42,308 bases of DNA from Nitrospinota bacterium (GTDB taxonomy: Bacteria > JADFOP01). The DNA is taken from positions 1 to 42,308 of the forward strand of contig JADFOP010000015.1 of assembly GCA_022562795.1 (NCBI GenBank), given 5' to 3'. The notes under the pieces are model-generated. The model was given only the letters and a program-made list of their open reading frames with translations, did not search any database and was not told the origin of the DNA. The position numbers and the translations under genes were made by a program. Within the stretch, counting starts at the first letter, position 1, and each line of letters starts with the position of its first letter. Shown here piece by piece: positions 38,704 to 42,308 of the stretch.

Positions 38704-39843
38704 CTAGAGGAATTCGAGAATTCTCCGGGCGGCCCGCTCGGTGGCACCACCATCGCCCAGGAGGCTTCGGACCTTATCGAGCTCGGCCACCATGGTCTGG
38801 CGGACGACCGGCTCATCGAGGATGGACAGGGCCTCGCGGGCAATCGCCTCGGGGGAAGCCTCTTTCTGGGATAGCTCCGGCACAATGGTCCGGCCGGCCA
38901 CGATGTTGGGCAGGCCAAAGGTGGGGATCCGGAGCAGCAGCTTCGCAACAAGCCCTGAAGAATAGCTGCCCTGGTAGATGATGACCATTGGGGTCCCGAG
39001 GATGGCGGCCTCCAGGGTCGCCGTGCCGGAGACGACCAGGCAGATGTCGGCCGAAGACATAACGTCGTGGGCTCGACCCTCTACGAGGGCCAGGTCCAGG
39101 CTATGGCCGTCGAGGTAATGCTCCACCTGCCCCCGGCGGACGGTCGGGGCCACTGGCAGGAGGAACTGAAGATTGGGTCGCGCCCGGGAGAGCTTTTCGG
39201 CAGCCTTCCGCAGGGTCGAGAGCATGTAGCGGATCTCAGCCCGCCGGCTGCCGGGCAGCAAGCCGATCACGGGCCGGGAAGGATCGAGGCCCACCTCGCG
39301 TAAGAAGCCGGCCCTGTCGGGGGCGGGTTTCACCAGGTCCAGCAGCGGGTGGCCCACGAACTCGGCCTTGACTTTGCGGGCCCGGTAGAAGTCGGCCTCG
39401 AAGGGCAGGACCACGAGGCAGAGGTCCGCGTACCTCCGTAGGAGCCGCACCCGCCACCTTCTCCAGGCCCAAATCTGCGGGGTCACGTAATAGATGACCC
39501 GGTGGCCGCGCCGCTTGGCCGAGCGGGCAAGGCGGAGGTTGAACTCGGGAAAATCTATACAGACGACGGCGTCGTAGCGGGTCTTGGCGAGGTGGGAGGA
39601 CATGCGGCGGTAGGCCCGGACGATACCCCCAAGCTTGTTGTGGGCTTCGACGATCCCCATCGCCCCGAGGTTCCGGCTGTCGACGACGATCTTGACTCCG
39701 GCCGCCTCCATCCTGGAGCCGCCCATTCCTTCCACGACAGTCTCGGGCGCCAGGGCGCGGAGCGCCACGGCGAGCTCGGCCCCGTATGTGTCGCCAGACT
39801 CCTCTCCGGCGACGATGCAAAGCCGGGGGGGATGGCCGCTCAC
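38704..39843 (-). CDS. lpxB: Lipid A disaccharide synthase
   Basis: VAGEESGD, IDFPEFN, PQIWAWR, LPFE, FVGHPL, LLPGSR, SGTATLE, LPNIVAG. Confidence 0.96.
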   Translation of the reverse strand: MSGHPPRLCIVAGEESGDTYGAELAVALRALAPETVVEGMGGSRMEAAGVKIVVDSRNLGAMGIVEAHNKLGGIVRAYRRMSSHLAKTRYDAVVCIDFPEFNLRLARSAKRRGHRVIYYVTPQIWAWRRWRVRLLRRYADLCLVVLPFEADFYRARKVKAEFVGHPLLDLVKPAPDRAGFLREVGLDPSRPVIGLLPGSRRAEIRYMLSTLRKAAEKLSRARPNLQFLLPVAPTVRRGQVEHYLDGHSLDLALVEGRAHDVMSSADICLVVSGTATLEAAILGTPMVIIYQGSYSSGLVAKLLLRIPTFGLPNIVAGRTIVPELSQKEASPEAIAREALSILDEPVVRQTMVAELDKVRSLLGDGGATERAARRILEFL

Positions 39844-40733
39844 CGCTCCTCTCCCTGGGAGGGTGTCGGCGGAGGGACGAATTCCGTTCCGTCGCAGGCC
39901 ACGATGGCGAGGTCTCCTTTTTTCGCGATTTTACGAATTTTCTCTTTTTCGAGGACGTAGATGTGCCCGGCCTCCAGTGCCAGCACTGACGCCCCTCCCT
40001 TAACGAGGAGCTCCACCGTCGAGGGGCCGATGGCGGGAACGTCGAGGCGGAAGTCCTGGCGGCGTCGGGTGACCTTGACCACCACGGCGCCATCCACCTC
40101 TCGGCAGCCCCGCTCGATGCACGCGTTGGTCCCCTCGATAGCCTCCACCGCCACCACGGACCGGTCCTTGACCACCACCGTCTCACCGATATCGAGGGAT
40201 GCGATGTCCCGTGCCTTCTGGAACCCGAAGAGCACGTCTTCCCACTCCTCGGCGGTCGGCTCCCTATCGGTAATGAGCCCGGGGTCTGCCAGGCAGGCCT
40301 CCAGAAAATCCTTTTGGTCTCGTACGACGAAGCCCTCGGCCTCGAAAAGCTCAATGAGACCCTCCATGAGGGTGCGGTCTGCCTTGCTGACGATCCTGCG
40401 GAGGAATCTGAGGGAGACGTCGTCGAACCCCTTCGGGTTGAAGAGGACCCGCTTGTTGAATCGTCCGAGGAAGAGGACGTCCTGTACGCCTTCGGCCTGT
40501 AACGTGGCCCAGGTTTTACGAAGCTGGCCGTAGCCGTAATGGAAGACGGCCTCGACGTGAGGCGCCATTGCCCTGGCGATGCGGCGGCTTAATCCAATGG
40601 CCACAACCCGATAGCCCTGGCTGCGGGCCGACTGAGCCGCTAGTATGGGCAGCTCCCCGTCGCCAGCGATGATACAGATCGTGGAAGGGGTCGTCACAGG
40701 AGGGCCCCCAGGGGCGGGAGGCTCATTGTCCAC
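39840..40733 (-). CDS. lpxI: UDP-2,3-diacylglucosamine pyrophosphatase LpxI (DUF1009)
   Basis: IIAGDGELP, LDIGETVVV, AVEAIEGT, QDFRLDVPAIG, LEAG. Confidence 0.9.
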   Translation of the reverse strand: MDNEPPAPGGPPVTTPSTICIIAGDGELPILAAQSARSQGYRVVAIGLSRRIARAMAPHVEAVFHYGYGQLRKTWATLQAEGVQDVLFLGRFNKRVLFNPKGFDDVSLRFLRRIVSKADRTLMEGLIELFEAEGFVVRDQKDFLEACLADPGLITDREPTAEEWEDVLFGFQKARDIASLDIGETVVVKDRSVVAVEAIEGTNACIERGCREVDGAVVVKVTRRRQDFRLDVPAIGPSTVELLVKGGASVLALEAGHIYVLEKEKIRKIAKKGDLAIVACDGTEFVPPPTPSQGEER

Positions 40734-41718
40734 TTGATTCTACCACGCTCCGATGGGCCCGGCGGTTGGCGTGGATCAGCTCCAGAACTTCGAGGGCCAC
40801 TGTCAGGCTTTTGAGCTCATCCTCCACGCTGACGGCCCGCTTGGCTCCATCGAGGGCGCATTCGATGAGGTGGAGAATCTCACTCTTCAAGGGGTTGTCC
40901 TTGTAGACGAACACCCGCTCGATGAGCGACTCTTGCTTGTAGCGGAGCTGCTCGCGGGTGAGGAGGTGCTCGGTTGAGGCCTGGCGGTGGATGTGGATAT
41001 CTTGATCGGTGAAGTCGAGAAAAACGTAGGCGTCCTGTTGTGTCACCGCCATGGTGCGGACCTTGTTATGGGTAGCCCGGCTTGCGGTAAGGGTGGCCAC
41101 GCATCCGCCCTCGAAAGTCATCTGCACGTTCGCCACATCCTCGTGGGGCGAGAAGACGCTCACCCCTTGGGCGGCGAGGTGGGCAATGGGCTCGGCCACG
41201 AGGCCCAGGACGATATCGATGTCGTGGATCATGAGGTCGAGCACCACCCCATCGTCCTCGACCCGGGGCTGGAAGGGCCCCAGGCGGCGAGCCTCGATGA
41301 GAATGGGTTTCTCGACGATCTTCTTCAGCTCTTGGACGGCGCCGTTGAAGCGCTCCACATGGCCTATGTGGAGGACGACTTCATGCTCCGCCGCTAAGGC
41401 GAAGAGCTCGTGGGCCTGCTCCAGGTCTTTCGTAATCGGCTTCTCTAAAAGGACGTGAATGCCGTTTCGAAGGAACTCCTTGGCAACGGAGTGGTGGAGA
41501 CTGGTCGGCACCGCGATGGAGACCAGGTCCACCCGACCGAAGATTTCCCGGTAGTCGGTATAGGGGGTGGTGTTGTACTGTGCGGCCAGGCCCCGGACGA
41601 GCTCCTCGTTGGTGTCGACTATGCCAGCAAGCTCCACGTCGGGGAACTCCGAGTAGATGGCCACGTGGTAGCGGCCCATGTGGCCGGTGCCGACAACTCC
41701 CGCACGGACTGCGGTCAT
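40723..41718 (-). CDS. Gfo/Idh/MocA oxidoreductase, GnnA-like (UDP-GlcNAc 3-dehydrogenase)
   Basis: GVVGTGHMGRYH, LLEKP, GHVERFN, VVLDLMIHDID, TASR; located between lpxA and lpxI/lpxB. Confidence 0.85.
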   Translation of the reverse strand: MTAVRAGVVGTGHMGRYHVAIYSEFPDVELAGIVDTNEELVRGLAAQYNTTPYTDYREIFGRVDLVSIAVPTSLHHSVAKEFLRNGIHVLLEKPITKDLEQAHELFALAAEHEVVLHIGHVERFNGAVQELKKIVEKPILIEARRLGPFQPRVEDDGVVLDLMIHDIDIVLGLVAEPIAHLAAQGVSVFSPHEDVANVQMTFEGGCVATLTASRATHNKVRTMAVTQQDAYVFLDFTDQDIHIHRQASTEHLLTREQLRYKQESLIERVFVYKDNPLKSEILHLIECALDGAKRAVSVEDELKSLTVALEVLELIHANRRAHRSVVESSGQ

Positions 41719-42308
41719 TCCTCCTCCCCCCCTTTGTGCTCAACGCCGGGGACGATACCCCGTTCGCTGGCCTCGACGAATGCCACTAGATGGTCTACGG
41801 CGTCATGGGGCGTGAGCTCGGCCCTGATGGCCTCAAGGGCCTGGGTCGTATTGAGGCCGCTTCGGTACATGAGCCTGAAGGCCCGCTTGAGTTTGTCTCG
41901 AGTCTCTCCGGCCACCCCTGCCCGGCGCAGCCCCACCACGTTGAGGGCTCTGGCGCGGCACGGATTGCCCTCGGCAATGAAGTAAGGCGGCACGTCCTTG
42001 ACGGTCCGTGAGGTGCCCCCTACCATGGCGAGCTGGCCCACCCGGACGAATTGATGGAAGGCCGAGTGGCCGCCCACCACCACCCGGTCGCCCATGATGA
42101 CATGACCGCCTAAGGCCACAAAGCTCGTTAGGATGACCCCGTCGCCGATCTGGCAGTCGTGGGCAACGTGGACGAGCGCCATAAGGAAGCAGCCGCGGCC
42201 GACAAGGGTTTCGCCTCCCTCCTCGATGGAGCGATGGACCGTCACATACTCACGGATGACCGTCCCGTCGCCGATGGACATCCCCGAAGGTTTTTCCATG
42301 TAGTCGAG
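41715..42308 (-). CDS. lpxA: Acyl-ACP:UDP-GlcNAc(3N) acyltransferase; 5' end is outside the window
   Basis: IREYVTVHR, HVAHDC, HQF, DVPPY, LNVVGLRR; the frame is open to the window edge. Confidence 0.95.
   Translation of the reverse strand, partial: LDYMEKPSGMSIGDGTVIREYVTVHRSIEEGGETLVGRGCFLMALVHVAHDCQIGDGVILTSFVALGGHVIMGDRVVVGGHSAFHQFVRVGQLAMVGGTSRTVKDVPPYFIAEGNPCRARALNVVGLRRAGVAGETRDKLKRAFRLMYRSGLNTTQALEAIRAELTPHDAVDHLVAFVEASERGIVPGVEHKGGEEE

Overview
A GC-rich (about 63% by eye) chromosomal window from a diderm bacterium. The gene order suggests a deltaproteobacterial or Nitrospinota-like lineage, but the taxon cannot be fixed from sequence alone. It is mostly housekeeping and envelope genes, in five blocks. 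(1) pheA-hisC-aroF-tyrA, then rpsA-sppA, on the minus strand. (2) A divergent skp / lipoprotein / SPOR operon. (3) A small TIGR04073-like exported protein behind a ~380-nt heavily base-paired leader, a TPR protein and a Cys-less PTPS. (4) nfeD-stomatin and an orphan REC-GAF gene. (5) A ~27 kb LPS cluster: lpxA, gnnA-like, lpxI, lpxB, DUF374, waaA, lpxK, lptFG (opposite strand), lpxL, five GT9, two GT4 and one GT2 glycosyltransferases, gmhB, an epimerase, ycaR, msbA, kdsB, pyrG and kdsA. I saw no tRNA, rRNA, CRISPR array or mobile element. The best candidates for novelty are the structured leader RNA (9400-9780), a GmhB fused to a RelA/SpoT-type ACT domain, and an inferred LPS chemistry (diamino-sugar lipid A with a GalA-containing core). 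All family calls come from motif recognition by eye; no searches were run.
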